Shown here: in pieces, positions 31,676 to 43,321 of the stretch
Layout: each line of letters starts with the position of its first letter
Position numbering within the stretch: the stretch's first letter is position 1
Assembly (NCBI GenBank): GCA_965219415.1
Contig: CBDCNP010000002.1
Span: 4,576,001-4,640,000, forward strand
Direction of reading: 5' to 3'
Source of the DNA: Candidatus Marinacidobacterales bacterium
GTDB lineage: Bacteria > Acidobacteriota > Vicinamibacteria > Marinacidobacterales > DATDRI01
DNA: 64,000 nt
Notes under the pieces: model-generated
Databases searched by the model: none
What the model saw: the letters and a program-made list of their open reading frames with translations, nothing else
What the model was told of the DNA's origin: nothing
Made by a program: the position numbers and the translations under genes

Positions 31676-32584
31676 TTATGGAGCCTGAATCATCTTCAGC
31701 ACGGCGCGAAAGAGCTCGCTGTCTTCATCGCCTAGGGATAGTGCCGTCTGGGCGTGATCCTCGCCCTCTAGAACGAGGAACTCCGCCTCCACGCCCTTGG
31801 CCTTCAACTTGTCGGCGAACTCCCGAGATGCGTCTACGTACGCTTCCACGGAGCCGACGGCCACTACCGCTCGGGGCGGCGGGTTGTCCGGATCGGGGAC
31901 CTCCCCCGCCCGGCGAACGACGCGCGCCGTCGCTATCTCCGCCTCCGTCTCTGCATCTTCGCTGTCGTAGGGAGCGCTGACCGGTGCGACGCCCTTGAGC
32001 ACTCCGTCTGGTATTCCCTTTTTCTGTCGCCAGGCGCCCCGCACGCCAAGGTAGGCGGAGAGAATCGCGCCCGCCGAATGGCCCCCCACGTAGATGCGCT
32101 GCGGATCGCCGCCGTACTCCTCGACATGCTTATGAATCCAGGCTACCGCGGCGGCGACATCTTCGGGTTGCGCCGGATATTGGAATCCGTCGATGGCGAG
32201 CCGATAGCTAGCTACAGCCGTGATGATGCCGTTGGCGGCAAATGGCCGTGCGATGTATCCGTAATGGGCGCGGTCCCCTTCGCGCATACCGCCCCCGTGC
32301 AGGAACAAGAACGTGGGAGCGGCCTCCGCCTTTTCCTTGGGCAGATAAAGATCCAGCTTCTGCTTGGGATCGTTGCCGAAGGCCAAGTCCAGGTGATGGG
32401 GAAGCTCCTTGCGGGTCGCCGCCGTGCCCGCATCGATCTCGTCGTAGAATGCAATCCAGTCGAGGGGCAGGAACTCCTCCGGGTGCTGGTTCGTGTAGTA
32501 TTTCGACCTGTCCTGCGCCGTCGCAGCGGCTGCGAGTAAGAGACCTACCACTATTGGCAATACTCTTTCTTTCCTCACCGTCAC
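31676..32584 (-). CDS. Secreted alpha/beta hydrolase (esterase/arylformamidase-like)
   Basis: Signal peptide; QKLDLYLP, FLHGGG, GHSAG; RBS aggag before GTG. Confidence 0.88.
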   Translation of the reverse strand: MTVRKERVLPIVVGLLLAAAATAQDRSKYYTNQHPEEFLPLDWIAFYDEIDAGTAATRKELPHHLDLAFGNDPKQKLDLYLPKEKAEAAPTFLFLHGGGMREGDRAHYGYIARPFAANGIITAVASYRLAIDGFQYPAQPEDVAAAVAWIHKHVEEYGGDPQRIYVGGHSAGAILSAYLGVRGAWRQKKGIPDGVLKGVAPVSAPYDSEDAETEAEIATARVVRRAGEVPDPDNPPPRAVVAVGSVEAYVDASREFADKLKAKGVEAEFLVLEGEDHAQTALSLGDEDSELFRAVLKMIQAP

Positions 32585-33000
32585 ACTCCTTACGCGATGT
32601 CGATCACCATCGCGTCCTCCGCTAGAACGACCTGCCCGGAGAAATTCTTTCTTGCGTCCTGAACTATCTTGTCCCAGATCTAGGGCGAGCGACGCTCGCC
32701 CTAGTACATGGAGGCCATGTCGATCGCTGGCTGCGCCGAGGTGAATCATAGGTGGACTTGACCCGCTTTCGTGGACACCTAATCCTTTGGGTGCTTCCGC
32801 CATTAAGTGTTGGTGAGATGACGCTAAGACTTTACGGTGCACTAAATTACAGCCAAAATAGCGCTTACGACCTTCGCTGCACGCTAAATGGAGCGTAAGC
32901 GCCTCTTTTGCAAAGGGATGCGTACACATCACCAACACTTGATAGCGGAAGCACCCTGCACGCTGCCATTCAGCCTCTCTTTAGCCATAGACTTCCTCCT

Positions 33001-33474
33001 CTATTGAAGTGTTCGCCAGTTTTTAAGCTCAACTGTTTCCGACGCGGCTCCCCGATCGCCCGTGTCATCGGTGTATGCCGCTTCGAGTCTCAGGAACCAT
33101 CCTCCGTCGCCGTTGGGAATCGAACTCTCCACTCCGAACGTCACCATCTTATGGAATGCACCATGCCCATCGATACGGTTCGTTCCGTAGTTATCCAAAA
33201 TGCGGCGCTGGCTGATGCCTCTCTTCTCCACGATCTCGCCGTCTCGCCTCGATATATAAAGGCGAATCCGGTTCAGATCGATTCCGGTACCCGCTGTCTC
33301 CATCAATCCAAAATCGAAACGAATCTTGGCTTGGCTAGAATATACCGATGTCACGTAAGTCGCTTTGTAGACCGTGAGATCAACCATTGCTTTCGGGCTC
33401 TGGCTTGGGCTCTTAGAAGAGCTATCGCCACAACCCGCTACAAACAGGGCAGACGTCAAGATATAAACCTTCAT
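33001..33474 (-). CDS. Hypothetical lipoprotein
   Basis: MKVYILTSALFVAGC lipobox. Confidence 0.6.
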   Translation of the reverse strand: MKVYILTSALFVAGCGDSSSKSPSQSPKAMVDLTVYKATYVTSVYSSQAKIRFDFGLMETAGTGIDLNRIRLYISRRDGEIVEKRGISQRRILDNYGTNRIDGHGAFHKMVTFGVESSIPNGDGGWFLRLEAAYTDDTGDRGAASETVELKNWRTLQ

Positions 33475-34405
33475 CCTATCACCTACTCTGGGCCAGGCGG
33501 GTGGAGGAGGAATGAGGTTTCGAGCCCGTGAGGTCAAAATACTCATGCGGATTCCCGATGGTAGAAACGGAGCAACCCGCCAAGCCGTTCACGGGAGCTT
33601 ACTTTACGCTCGGACAGAAGTAATGGGTCGCTGGCTGGGAACAGCAGCAGGATTCTCCTTGCCTTGATGATTCCTCTTGTGATGATGGTAGACGACGTAC
33701 TCCGTCCTGTGCCAAAACTCGGCCCTTTTGAAATAGACCATAAATCAGCAGCTTAGTGTCTGTGTTTGAGGTTCTTGAGTGCGCCGCAGGCGCGTATATC
33801 CCCACGTCGGGTTCGCCTGCGTCACGCGTACAATGAGTTCACGGATGTCCTTCGCCGTCGGGGGTCGGCCTGGGCTCCGGTTCTTGCTGCCATCGTACTT
33901 GGCTGCAATGAGGTAGCGGTACCAACGCAGAATCGTAGCGGATGTGGCAACGGACGCAATCTGGGCCAGCGCCTCGCGGCCCAAAGCCTTGGCCTTGACA
34001 GCGAGCCTGCGCCGATCGTCGTCAGAGAGCCTGAGACGCTTGCCCCGAAGCCCGGCTCGAAGCACGCGGTTCTCCTCTCGCAGGTAGTCAATCACATCCT
34101 GTTGCTGGTGGTTGACCCAGCCAGCGGTGCTTGCGCTGTTTGCTGTTGGTGATGTGTACGTATCCCTTTGCAAAAAAAGCGCTTACGCTCCATTTAGCGT
34201 GCGGCGAAGGTCGCGAGCGCTATTTTGGCTGTAATTTAATGCAGTGTAAAGTCTTAGCGTCATCTCACCAACACTTAATAGCGGAAGCACCGTCCGAGCA
34301 CAAGGTGCGCTCCCGTGAACGGCTTGGCGGATTGCTGCGTTTCTACCATCGGGAAGCGCATAAGTATTTTGACCTCACGGGCAAGTGGAGCTATTCGGCT
34401 CTTGG

Positions 34406-35605
34406 GGTGCTTCCGCCATCAAGTGTTGCTACGCGGCTGCGGGCAGTGGTACAGGTGCGGAAGAGACCGGGTTGCGCGCCCTACTGAGCACGAAAACCTC
34501 GATCCGCGACCACAAAGGAATCGTCGTCGCCAAGAAGATGTCTCGAAAGGTGAGCCGTCGCGTGGTCAGACCAGCCTGCATAGCCGGAGTTCGGATCTCA
34601 CGTCCGAACTTCAGAGCTCCGTGCGGTCGGACGAAGTTGTAATAGCAACGGAGCAACTCCAGGTGCTCATCGAGCCTCTCCGTCGAGCGAGCGTGGGAAA
34701 GCGTTCGTCTCGAAAGGTATGCCGAGCTTTGCCGGATGGTCAGATTTAACCGCTCGATGAACGACGTGTTCAGTGTCGAGGAGTCCTCGGAGTTATTGAG
34801 CGCGTCTTCGAATCGCCACGCGGCTCCGTGCAGCGCTCTGCGTTCGACCTTGATGATACGATCGTTCCTGCGCGTCTTTAGGACCTGGCCGTAGAGACAC
34901 GCTGGCCCGAAGAAGCGACGGATGACCTTCTGGTAGAATTCGAATCCATCCGTGACGATCAAGGGAAGACGCTCGAAATTCATCCGTCTCGAAAGGTCGC
35001 GAAACAGAGCGTGAGTGTTCCGGTAGCTTCGCCTTCCCGTCACCGTCGATGGCCAGAGCCGAGACCAGACTTCGATTGTAACGAAGACCCAACTCGGTGT
35101 CTTCTTGTTGCCCGCGAACGTGCGAATCTCGTCGGCTTGAAGCTCTTCGGCAGCGAAGCCCGCGATCCTTCTGTGATTGAATCGACGACACACTTGGGCT
35201 GCCTTCTCGAGCCAGCGGGCGACGGTGTTCCAGGCAATCCCTTTGATCCGGGAAATCGCGGAAATGCTGACACCCTCGACTCTGAGAGCGATGACCCCAT
35301 CGAAAGTAGCTCTTCGATGTTGGAGACGGTAGTAGGGCGTGCCTTTCGTCGAGGAGAACGTCTTTCCGCACTCGCCGCACCGGTATCGACGGCGTTTCCC
35401 GGACCTCGTTCTGTAGAATCCGTGGCGAACGATGTTTCCGGAACTGACTTTGCCCCGCAACGGACATGCGAGATTGAGACATCTGCGATTCTTCACTTTG
35501 GCTCGGCCCTGACGATGAGAGAACTGTGTCTTCGGAATTCTGGTTCAAACTCTAGCACGCAGACCGGTTAGAGGCTGGCCGCCAACACTTAATTGCGGAA
35601 GCACC
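34406..35605 (-). mobile_element. IS1-family element, intact copy 2 (transposase 34429-35496)
   Basis: 355 aa, near-identical to copy 1; GGTGCTTCCGC IRs; no TSD. Confidence 0.9.
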
Positions 35606-35806
35606 ACTCCGACGATACAGGAACTCGCTGCGGCGTAGTTGGCCTAGCGCGTTCTACTTCAGGTGCGGCCCGGGCCTACTTGATGTTCTTTACTTGTCTC
35701 AGATTTGGGGTTGTGATTCGCAAGAAAGAAGATCGCGTAGCGCTGGATCGGCTTTTTGCAAAGCACAGGTACTGAATTTATACTTCGGCACTGGAGAGTG
35801 CACCGG

Positions 35807-36571
35807 ATGTTCAAGTCATGGCGCGCCTATTTGAATTTCGAACGGGGCATCATGTTCGATCGTCGATATGTTCGCTCCGCCGATAACGAGGAGTTTTTGG
35901 ATGCTGTACTCGCTACGGCTTCAGCGCGCAAAGTAAGTTTGAAGAAAGGCTCGATATACTGGCGGGCGCAGCTCGGTCATGATTTGCGCGAAGAAGGTGA
36001 AGGTAATGACGCGTTTGAGGTAAAGCGTGCCCTTCGGTCATCTCGAATGAAACCCCGTCAAGACCGTGCGTCCGAGGGTCGAGCCAATCCGAAGGGCATT
36101 CCTTACTTATACTTGGCAAATACTATAGAAACTGCAGTGGCAGAAGTGCGTCCCTGGATTGGATCGGATGTGTCGTTGGGTCAGTTTGAAGCCATTCGCC
36201 AGCTGCAGATCATTAACTGCTCTCACAATCACAGCGATCAATCCTACTTCTTCTCCTTCGGTCACGAACCGCAATTGTCACAGGAAGAAATTGAAAAGGC
36301 CGTGTGGTCCAATATCGACAAGGCGTTTGCTGCGCCTATCGTTCGTGACGACGATATCGCTGCATACGCGGCAACGCAGACCATCGCAGAGTTGTTCAAG
36401 AGCCACGACTATGACGGCTTGGCATATCGAAGTAATTTCGGAGAAAAGGGATACAACATTGCTCTCTTCGATATCAACGCGGCACGTTTACTCAATTGTG
36501 AACTGCACCGAGTCGATTCCATCGCGATAACGTCTTCCGTGCAAGACAACGCATACTTCGTAAAAAACTAA
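35807..36571 (+). CDS. RES-domain protein (putative NAD+ phosphorylase)
   Basis: YWRAQ...EGRANPKGIPYLYLA...AVAEVRP...DGLAYRS...NIALF. Confidence 0.88.
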   Translation: MFKSWRAYLNFERGIMFDRRYVRSADNEEFLDAVLATASARKVSLKKGSIYWRAQLGHDLREEGEGNDAFEVKRALRSSRMKPRQDRASEGRANPKGIPYLYLANTIETAVAEVRPWIGSDVSLGQFEAIRQLQIINCSHNHSDQSYFFSFGHEPQLSQEEIEKAVWSNIDKAFAAPIVRDDDIAAYAATQTIAELFKSHDYDGLAYRSNFGEKGYNIALFDINAARLLNCELHRVDSIAITSSVQDNAYFVKN

Positions 36572-37010
36572 GTCTCGGAGCTTGTCATGTCCGAAAACGC
36601 GAACGGAGCCGAAAGCTCGAATCCTGAGGTGTTGTCGAAATTCGCGGAGACCTGCCAACGAGGCACGGGCTCTGAGATATGTGAGCCCGAGCAGAAGCCG
36701 TCGTGTCCAAAAAGACAAACGTACTCAAGACCCGTCATTCCAAAAACTTGTAAGTAGGCGCTTCCGCGCACAGGCACCGCGACCTAGGCCGGCGCGCCCA
36801 GGACGGGATCTGGGTCGGCGGGTTGCCGACCCCGTCCTGTGCCAAAACTCGGCCCTTTTGAAATAGGCCATAAATCAGCAACTTAGTGTCTGTGTTTGCG
36901 GCCGTGCCAAGGGCCGAGCGCGAACAAACGACGAGATCATGCAGGCATCGTCCCGGGAGACCGGAGACCGATCAAGTTCGGCGCGCGCGGATGAATAAAT
37001 AGAAGGCACA

Positions 37011-37200
37011 GGGTGAGCTCGCGTGGGACGACGTCTCGGAGCTCGGTCAGCTGGCGTGTGGGAAAGCGTCGGGTCGCCGGACGGAGGAAGACATTACGCT
37101 TTTCGAATCGCAAGGAATCGCGATCGAGGACGTCGCGGTCGCTCGCCGGGTTCTTGAGTTAGGACGCGAGCGTGGACTAGGCCAAGCACTACCCTTTTGA
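37011..37200 (+). pseudogene. Ornithine cyclodeaminase/mu-crystallin 3' fragment
   Basis: Own translation ELGQLACGKASGRRTEEDITLFESQGIAIEDVAVA...RGLG. Confidence 0.8.
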
Positions 37201-37653
37201 CTTGGGAGTTTCTTCCAGCAAGGTGCGCGTGATTTGCTGCCCATGCTCGAGCACTTCCTCCAGACGACTTTGAAAGTGGATGCGGTTGGCCAGCTCCGCT
37301 AGCGGCCCGAGCGGGAGCTCATACTCGATGATGTCGGTCATGCGCGTTCCGGGCCCTTCGGGGGCGAACACGTGAGTGTGGCGGTAGCTCTGAAAAGGCC
37401 CGGCTGCCTGAACGTCCACGAACTGTGAAGGGGCTGCGTACTCGACGATCTCACCGGTCCAGTCGAACCGTAAGGGACCGACGTACATCGCGTACTTCAA
37501 GACGGACCCTCGCTTCAGGCTCTTGGGCACCTCGACGATGTCGATTCGAAGATAAGCAGGAAGGATCTTTAGGAGGTTACGTGGATCGTCGTGGAATTGA
37601 AAGACCAGCTCTGTCCGGCTATCGATTAGGGTAGTTCGCTCGACTCGACTCAT
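37189..37653 (-). CDS. SRPBCC-family protein
   Basis: VFQFHDDPRNL...FVDVQAAGPFQSYRHTHVF...MTDIIEY. Confidence 0.85.
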   Translation of the reverse strand: MSRVERTTLIDSRTELVFQFHDDPRNLLKILPAYLRIDIVEVPKSLKRGSVLKYAMYVGPLRFDWTGEIVEYAAPSQFVDVQAAGPFQSYRHTHVFAPEGPGTRMTDIIEYELPLGPLAELANRIHFQSRLEEVLEHGQQITRTLLEETPKSKG

Positions 37654-38129
37654 GACTGGTCGGTCTTCCCTCGTTCCAGTGCTACCCTCACGTTTTCCAG
37701 TCCGGTGCTGACTAGCTCTTCAAGTTTCTCTCGTACATAGAGTTTGTGGGCGAGCGAACTGAGAAGTCCATGAGGCATCTGATACTTCAACAGCTCGCGG
37801 ACCCACGTCGACGTCCCTTCCGGCTTGAAATGATGCTCATGGCTCCATTGTGTGAATCGACCACGGCGCTGAACGTTGACGAAGCGCGCGGGTGGTTGGT
37901 ATTCCGACACCAGTGCTTCCCAGCGGAACTCCAGTGGTCAACCGCGAAGACGGTATCCGAAGATTGCCCCGGGTCGAAGATCTTTCGGGAGCCGTTCCAG
38001 CTCGACGCCCGATGTGCTGGAGGTGATGAGCCGAAGGTTTTCCGGAGTGTCGTAGAACGCGAAGACCTCGCCGATTGGCCGTGCGATCTTGGTGCTGCGC
38101 TCGATGTGGAAGCTCCTTTCATTCCCCAT
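37650..38129 (-). pseudogene. SRPBCC-family paralog, frameshifted
   Basis: VFAFYDTPENL (37938-38129) and FVNVQRRGRFTQWSHEHHF (37650-37910) in different frames. Confidence 0.8.
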
Positions 38130-38141
38130 GGGGGCCCTATC

Positions 38142-38540
38142 CTATGTCTGGGGGCTGTCGGAATTCAACGAGGTACTTAACAGTGGTAGGAGTCGGGCCG
38201 TAGCCTGTTCGACTTGCTCGATGGCCTTTTGGCGAGGTTTGTCAGTCAGCGCTTCGGCGAGCACGATCGTCAGCAGCGCCCGCGAGCTTACCCGGTGCAC
38301 CAACACGGTCGGGTAGGGGTCTTCTTTTCCCTCACCAACGAGTGCCCCCAGTAGCGGCGTTAGAGACGAAAGGAGATGCGGGAGCGGAAAGTCAACGTTC
38401 CCGAAAGCGCCGAAGGGAGTGCCCGCCTCGTCTACTAGGAAGGCCGAGCGTGCACCGAGCTGCGACACCAGGTCGGCGAGCAGATCGCGAATCGGTGCGA
38501 TGGCTCCAGGGCGCGCAAGAATCTCGTCCGACAGAGACAC
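38142..38540 (-). CDS. Hypothetical protein (possible roadblock/profilin-like fold)
   Basis: 132 aa, co-directional with the SRPBCC genes; LADLVSQLGARSAFLVDEAG. Confidence 0.55.
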   Translation of the reverse strand: MSLSDEILARPGAIAPIRDLLADLVSQLGARSAFLVDEAGTPFGAFGNVDFPLPHLLSSLTPLLGALVGEGKEDPYPTVLVHRVSSRALLTIVLAEALTDKPRQKAIEQVEQATARLLPLLSTSLNSDSPQT

Positions 38541-38898
38541 TGTTTCACTCCAGTTGATATGTTATGGAGGATGTGTCCCGAGGTCCGTGGAAAAAGAACG
38601 GCGCCCTCCACTCCGTCATCGGAGTATCATACCAGGCGGTGACCTCCGCGTGTTCGAGAACCTCGCTCAGACGTTGGTAGCCGTCGATGCGTCGTAGTTG
38701 AATCTGGCCAGAGGCGATAAGCCCAAACAGCAAAGCGACCGCAGACTCCTCGTCCTGTGCCAAAACTCGGCCCTTTTGAAATAGACCACAAATCAGCAGC
38801 TTAGACGCCCTTGGAATCCGCGCAGAATCCAGGGTATTTCGCGCCGTAGGGCTGACTTCCGACCCATGGGGCTGGCGGATGAATAAATAGAAGGCACA

Positions 38899-39530
38899 GG
38901 CAAGAAACCTCACTGACATGTGGGATGGTTTCCTCCTTGGCAAGCGGTACCTCATCCACGACCGGGACCCACTATTCACCGAGGCGGTACGTGGGCTGTT
39001 GAGAGATTCAGGCGTGAAGCCCCTGCGCCTTCCCGCCAATAGTCCGAATCTGAACGCATACGCGGAAAGATTCGTTCTCTCCATACGTCGAGAGTGTCTG
39101 GACCGCTTCGTACCTCTCAGTGAGCGACACCTGCGCACAGCGGTAACCGAATACGTAGTGCACTATCACACCGAACGGAACCACCAAGGTCTCGGCAACG
39201 AGCTCATCACACCTCTGCCGGCAAGCGCGAATGACGCTGGCCCCATCGTGTCGCGAGAGCGACTTTTGGGCATTCTCAACTACTACTGCCGTGCCGCGTA
39301 GATGGTCGCCGGCGACGGTAGCCCCTCGGCGGGCTCGACCGGCGTAGCGTGGAAACCGCTTCAGGAACACGCTTGGATATTCGCTCTCGACTAGGTGGTC
39401 ATCTGCATGGTGACGACCCCCCCGCCCAAGACGATTGTACAGCCCACGGCCCTTGGCCCGGTCGCAAACACAGACACTAAGCTGCTGGTTTATGGCCTAT
39501 TTCAAAAGGGCCGAGTTTTGGCACAGGACG
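38899..39530 (+). mobile_element. CGT-ended element: transposase 3' fragment and right end
   Basis: YLIHDRD...[12 protein letters not shown]...ERNHQG...ILNYYCRAA, then terminal repeat ending ttttggcacaggacg. Confidence 0.85.
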
Positions 39531-39646
39531 GGACGCGGAAGTCAGCCCTGCGGCGCGAAATACCCTGGATTCTGCGCGGATTCCAAGGGCGTCTAAGCTG
39601 CTGATTTATGGTCTATTTCAAAAGGGCCGAGTTTTGGCACAGGACG

Positions 39647-40036
39647 GGGTCGGCAGCTGCCGTCGCGAGCTCCTTGAGCACGTGGTGGTTCTCGGCGCAT
39701 GTCATCTCATCCGGCTCGTGCGAGCTTACATCAGCTACTATCATGAGGACCGTTGCCACTTGGGGCTGAACAAGGACACACTGAGCTTGAGAGTGGTCAC
39801 GTACCGACCGTCTCCTACGGCGAAAGTAGTCGCACTGCCGCGAGTCGGTGGACTGCACCATCGATACGAGTGGCGAGAGGCAGCCTGAGTCAGCTTGGTC
39901 GCTCGCGTTACTCGGCTGGTCGCCGAGAAGTTCGTCCTCAGCACCTTCCCTCGCGCGCTGACCACGCTCTCAAGCAGTGGGCTCCAGGGCGGTCCGGGCC
40001 TAGATCCAGTCCCGGACTAATAATGATGATGGACAC
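39647..40036 (+). mobile_element. 3' fragment and right end of the 349-aa-transposase IS
   Basis: GSCRRELLEH...WREAA; gatgatggaca. Confidence 0.85.
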
Positions 40037-40260
40037 CCATCTGAAGTCCTCGGTCGTCCTCGAGGTAGAGCGTCGGAGCGACTTGAACCAGCACCGCCCG
40101 TGGATAGCCACGGCACATGCCGGGTTTGACACGCACCCGGGAATAGTCCAGTATGGCGCGGTCGGCTATCCGATGGCTCTTCGTAGTTTTTTTTGCTGGT
40201 GACTTCCACCACACCTCCGTCAGCCCTCGCTTAGGCCCTTTCCGTTCAGGAGTTCATTTC

Positions 40261-40554
40261 ATGGGTAAGATTTATGTAGGCAATTGTTCCTTCGACGTCA
40301 CCGAGCAACAGCTCAGAGACGTCTTCGGGACTTACGGCGAGGTGAGTAGCGTCAACGTGATCACCGATCGCGACACCGGTCGCGCGCGTGGTTTCGCTTT
40401 CGTTGAGATGTCGGACAGCTCGGCCGCGCAAGCGGCCATCCGTGGCGTCAATGGAACTGATCTCGGTGGTCGTACATTGAACGTCAACGAAGCCAGACCC
40501 CGGACCGAAGGTGGCGGTCGCGGTGGCGGTGGTGGTGGCGGGCGGCGCTGGTAA
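40261..40554 (+). CDS. RRM RNA-binding protein with Gly-rich tail
   Basis: KIYVGN (RNP2), RGFAFVEM (RNP1), LNVNEARPR, GGGRGGG. Confidence 0.95.
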   Translation: MGKIYVGNCSFDVTEQQLRDVFGTYGEVSSVNVITDRDTGRARGFAFVEMSDSSAAQAAIRGVNGTDLGGRTLNVNEARPRTEGGGRGGGGGGGRRW

Positions 40555-40864
40555 GCCCCACTCCTCGACTCGGACCAAATTTTTCCTTGCGACGAGCCCG
40601 AGACCTACGAAAGGTCTCGGGCTCTTTCCAATCGCGCTTCTCTTCCATGGAATCTGGTGCTTCCGCCATGAACTGTTGGCAGCCAGGCCTTAACCCGTGT
40701 GCGTGGTAGAGTTTGAGCTTGATTTCGAGAGACGTAGTTTCTCTCATAGACAAGGGGCCTGTGCTCCGCAACAAGTCTATCCCAGTGTTGATTGCGCGAT
40801 TTATGGCTGCCATGCTTGGCGACCAGTTACCTCAGTCCGAGCGCAAGGTGCGCTCCCGTGAACG

Positions 40865-40949
40865 CGTGAGGTCAAAATACTCATGCGGCTTCCCGTTGGA
40901 AAGGTGCAAACTGCTGACCCGATGGGCGTTCGAATATTTTGACCAGACG
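40865..40949. mobile_element. 85-bp mini-element with CGT termini (62-bp relative at 18069-18130)
   Basis: cgtgaggtcaaaatactc...gaatattttgaccagacg inverted ends. Confidence 0.8.
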
Positions 40950-40957
40950 ACCAAGAG

Positions 40958-41437
40958 ATGATGTACCCAAGCCCGAGCATGCTATCCGAACAAGTACGCC
41001 GCCGTGTCATCGAGAGCCTGAACGCACGGCTCGCGGACGGACTCGATCTGCACAGCCACATCAAAGTCGCGTACTGGAACATCCGGGGACCTCAGTTCCC
41101 GTCGCTCCATCCCCTGTTCGAGACGTTCGCGGTCAGCCTCGCCAACCACAACGATGCCGTTGCCGAGCGCGCGGTCACTCTCGGCGGCCAAGCGTACGGA
41201 ACCGCCCGGCACGTCGCCGGAGCGTCGGCACTGACCGAATACCCTCGAGACACGACCCGCGATATGGAGCACGTGAAGTTGCTGGCGGATCGGATCGAAG
41301 CCTACTTGATCGGTCTACGCGAATCGCGCGAAATCGCCAACGACACAGGCGATACCGATACCGCCGATTTGTTGACCGCCATCATCACCGAGTTCGAGAA
41401 GCACGACTGGTTCTTGCGGGCCTCGTTGGACGGCTAG
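40958..41437 (+). CDS. dps: Dps-family ferritin-like DNA protection protein
   Basis: LNARLAD...KVAYWNIRGPQFPSLHPLFE...DAVAER...GDTDTADL...EKHDWFL. Confidence 0.9.
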   Translation: MMYPSPSMLSEQVRRRVIESLNARLADGLDLHSHIKVAYWNIRGPQFPSLHPLFETFAVSLANHNDAVAERAVTLGGQAYGTARHVAGASALTEYPRDTTRDMEHVKLLADRIEAYLIGLRESREIANDTGDTDTADLLTAIITEFEKHDWFLRASLDG

Positions 41438-41449
41438 CTAGATCGTCCC

Positions 41450-41885
41450 CGTCCTGTGCCAAAACTCGGCCCTCTTGAAATAGCTGATAAATCAGCAGCT
41501 TAGCGTCTGTGTTTTGCGACCGACAGAACGAAACCACCAAGGTCTCGGCAACGAGCTCATCACCCCTCTGCCGGCAAGCGCGAAGGACGCTGGTCTCATC
41601 GTATCGCGAGAGCGACTTTGGGGCATTCTCAAGTACTACTACCGTGCCGCGTCGATTGTCGCCGACGATGGTAGCCCCTCGGTGGACTCGACCGGCGTAG
41701 CGTGGAAACACAACTTCAGGAACACGCTTGGATATTCGCTCTCGATTAGGTGGTCATCTGCATGGTGATGACCCGCCCGCCCAAGACGATTGTAGAGCCT
41801 ACAGCCCTTGGCCCAGTCGCAAACACAGACGCTAAGCTGCTGATTTATCAGCTATTTCAAGAGGGCCGAGTTTTGGCACAGGGCG
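41450..41885. mobile_element. ~435-bp MITE with ~65-bp terminal inverted repeats (CGT-type)
   Basis: cgtcctgtgccaaaactcggccctcttgaaatagctgataaatcagcagcttagcgtctgtgttt and its reverse complement flank a transposase 3' remnant. Confidence 0.88.
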
Positions 41886-41987
41886 ACCACGTTGTATCTC
41901 AGTCATTCGGTGCTGACAAGGGCTGATACCACACGGGGTTGCTACGTTTCTACCATCGGGAAGCCGCATGAATATTTTGACCTCACG

Positions 41988-42237
41988 GGATGCGGCTGTC
42001 ATCATCCACGCGTTGTCGACGACGGAGCGCGGCTAGGGAGTGAAGAGCGGGACCTTCCATCTGGTTGGCGAGTGCTGTCTCATCAGCTTCCTCGTAGTAG
42101 CCCGACTTCTGAGCCACTAGCTTGATCGGAAGGGACTTTGATGTCTTTGCGATCTTGTCGTATGTCCAAATCATTCCAGGCTGATCTGAAACCTCGAAAC
42201 CGCGTAGGTAGTGTTGAGGCACGTAGTGTTGACCCAT
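41988..42237 (-). pseudogene. DUF4238-like protein 5' fragment
   Basis: QHYVPQHYLRGF...IWTYDK; cut by a CGT terminus. Confidence 0.7.
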
Positions 42238-43321
42238 GGCTTACGAAGATGTCCTTCGGATCATCGTGGCTCCCGTGGTCGATAGGCTGCCGAAATAATA
42301 TCCCCAACCATTAATATGCAACGGTTTAGTATGTGCTACCTGCTTACTTTCTCGTTCGGTACGCCTCAATATGAACCGGCCTCGACTGAACCAAGAGCCG
42401 CCTGTGGACGAATCTAGAGCGGAATTCGGTTCGCGACGGTCGGCTCCTTGGCCGAGTAGTCTCGGCACCGGTGACGTTGGGTCGAACCAGTCTGGACCGA
42501 TGATGGCTGGCTGTCGATGGTGAATGTCGGCAAGCCCTGGAGAGGCCGTCGTCGGGTGCTGTCAAGTTTTCCACGGCCTGACGGCCACCCCGAATGAATG
42601 AAACGCGGTAGTCTCTGGAGGTGGCACCGGCTCAACACGACGCCTGAGGGAGCTCGGTTTTGACGTCACTGCCCCAAAACGCTACACCCTGAGTTTCTTA
42701 TTAGTTGAGATTTTGAGCTCGGAGCGGCCCGCTCAGAGTTCGAGACCTCAACTTGACAGTATCCTCCAAGCGCAAGGTGCGCTCCCGTCAACGGCTTGGC
42801 GGGTTGCTCCGTTTCTACGATCGGGAAACCGCATGAGTATTTTGACCTCACGGGGTTATCGACATGCGGCGAGGACCGCCCGACAAGTCCGGAGGGGCCA
42901 ACCTCTGTTCAGACTCCAGCGCCCGGAACGTGGCGAGGGCTAACGGTCGCTTCCGAGAACCACTGCTCTCCGTACAACCTTGACGACTACGCCTACCCGC
43001 AGTCCGTCAAAGATGACATCGTGCACGAGCCGGGTGGCATCTACAGCCCCTACACCTGTGAGGCGTTGACTCGACCCGCGACACAGACATCAAGCACATC
43101 GCGGCACGCTCAGAGGCACACGACGCCGGGCTGTGTGCGGCGGATGCCGACACGAATTGGTACAACACGCAACGACTCTCGGAGCCGATCGGAAATGTCT
43201 CCTCGGTCGAGTACGAAATGAACTATTATCGGTCGCAGGAAGGCTCGCTATAGATGGCGAGACTCAACTAAAACGGTCTCTGGAAAGCCCGGGGCGGTTC
43301 AATTCTCATGGCGGTCACAAT

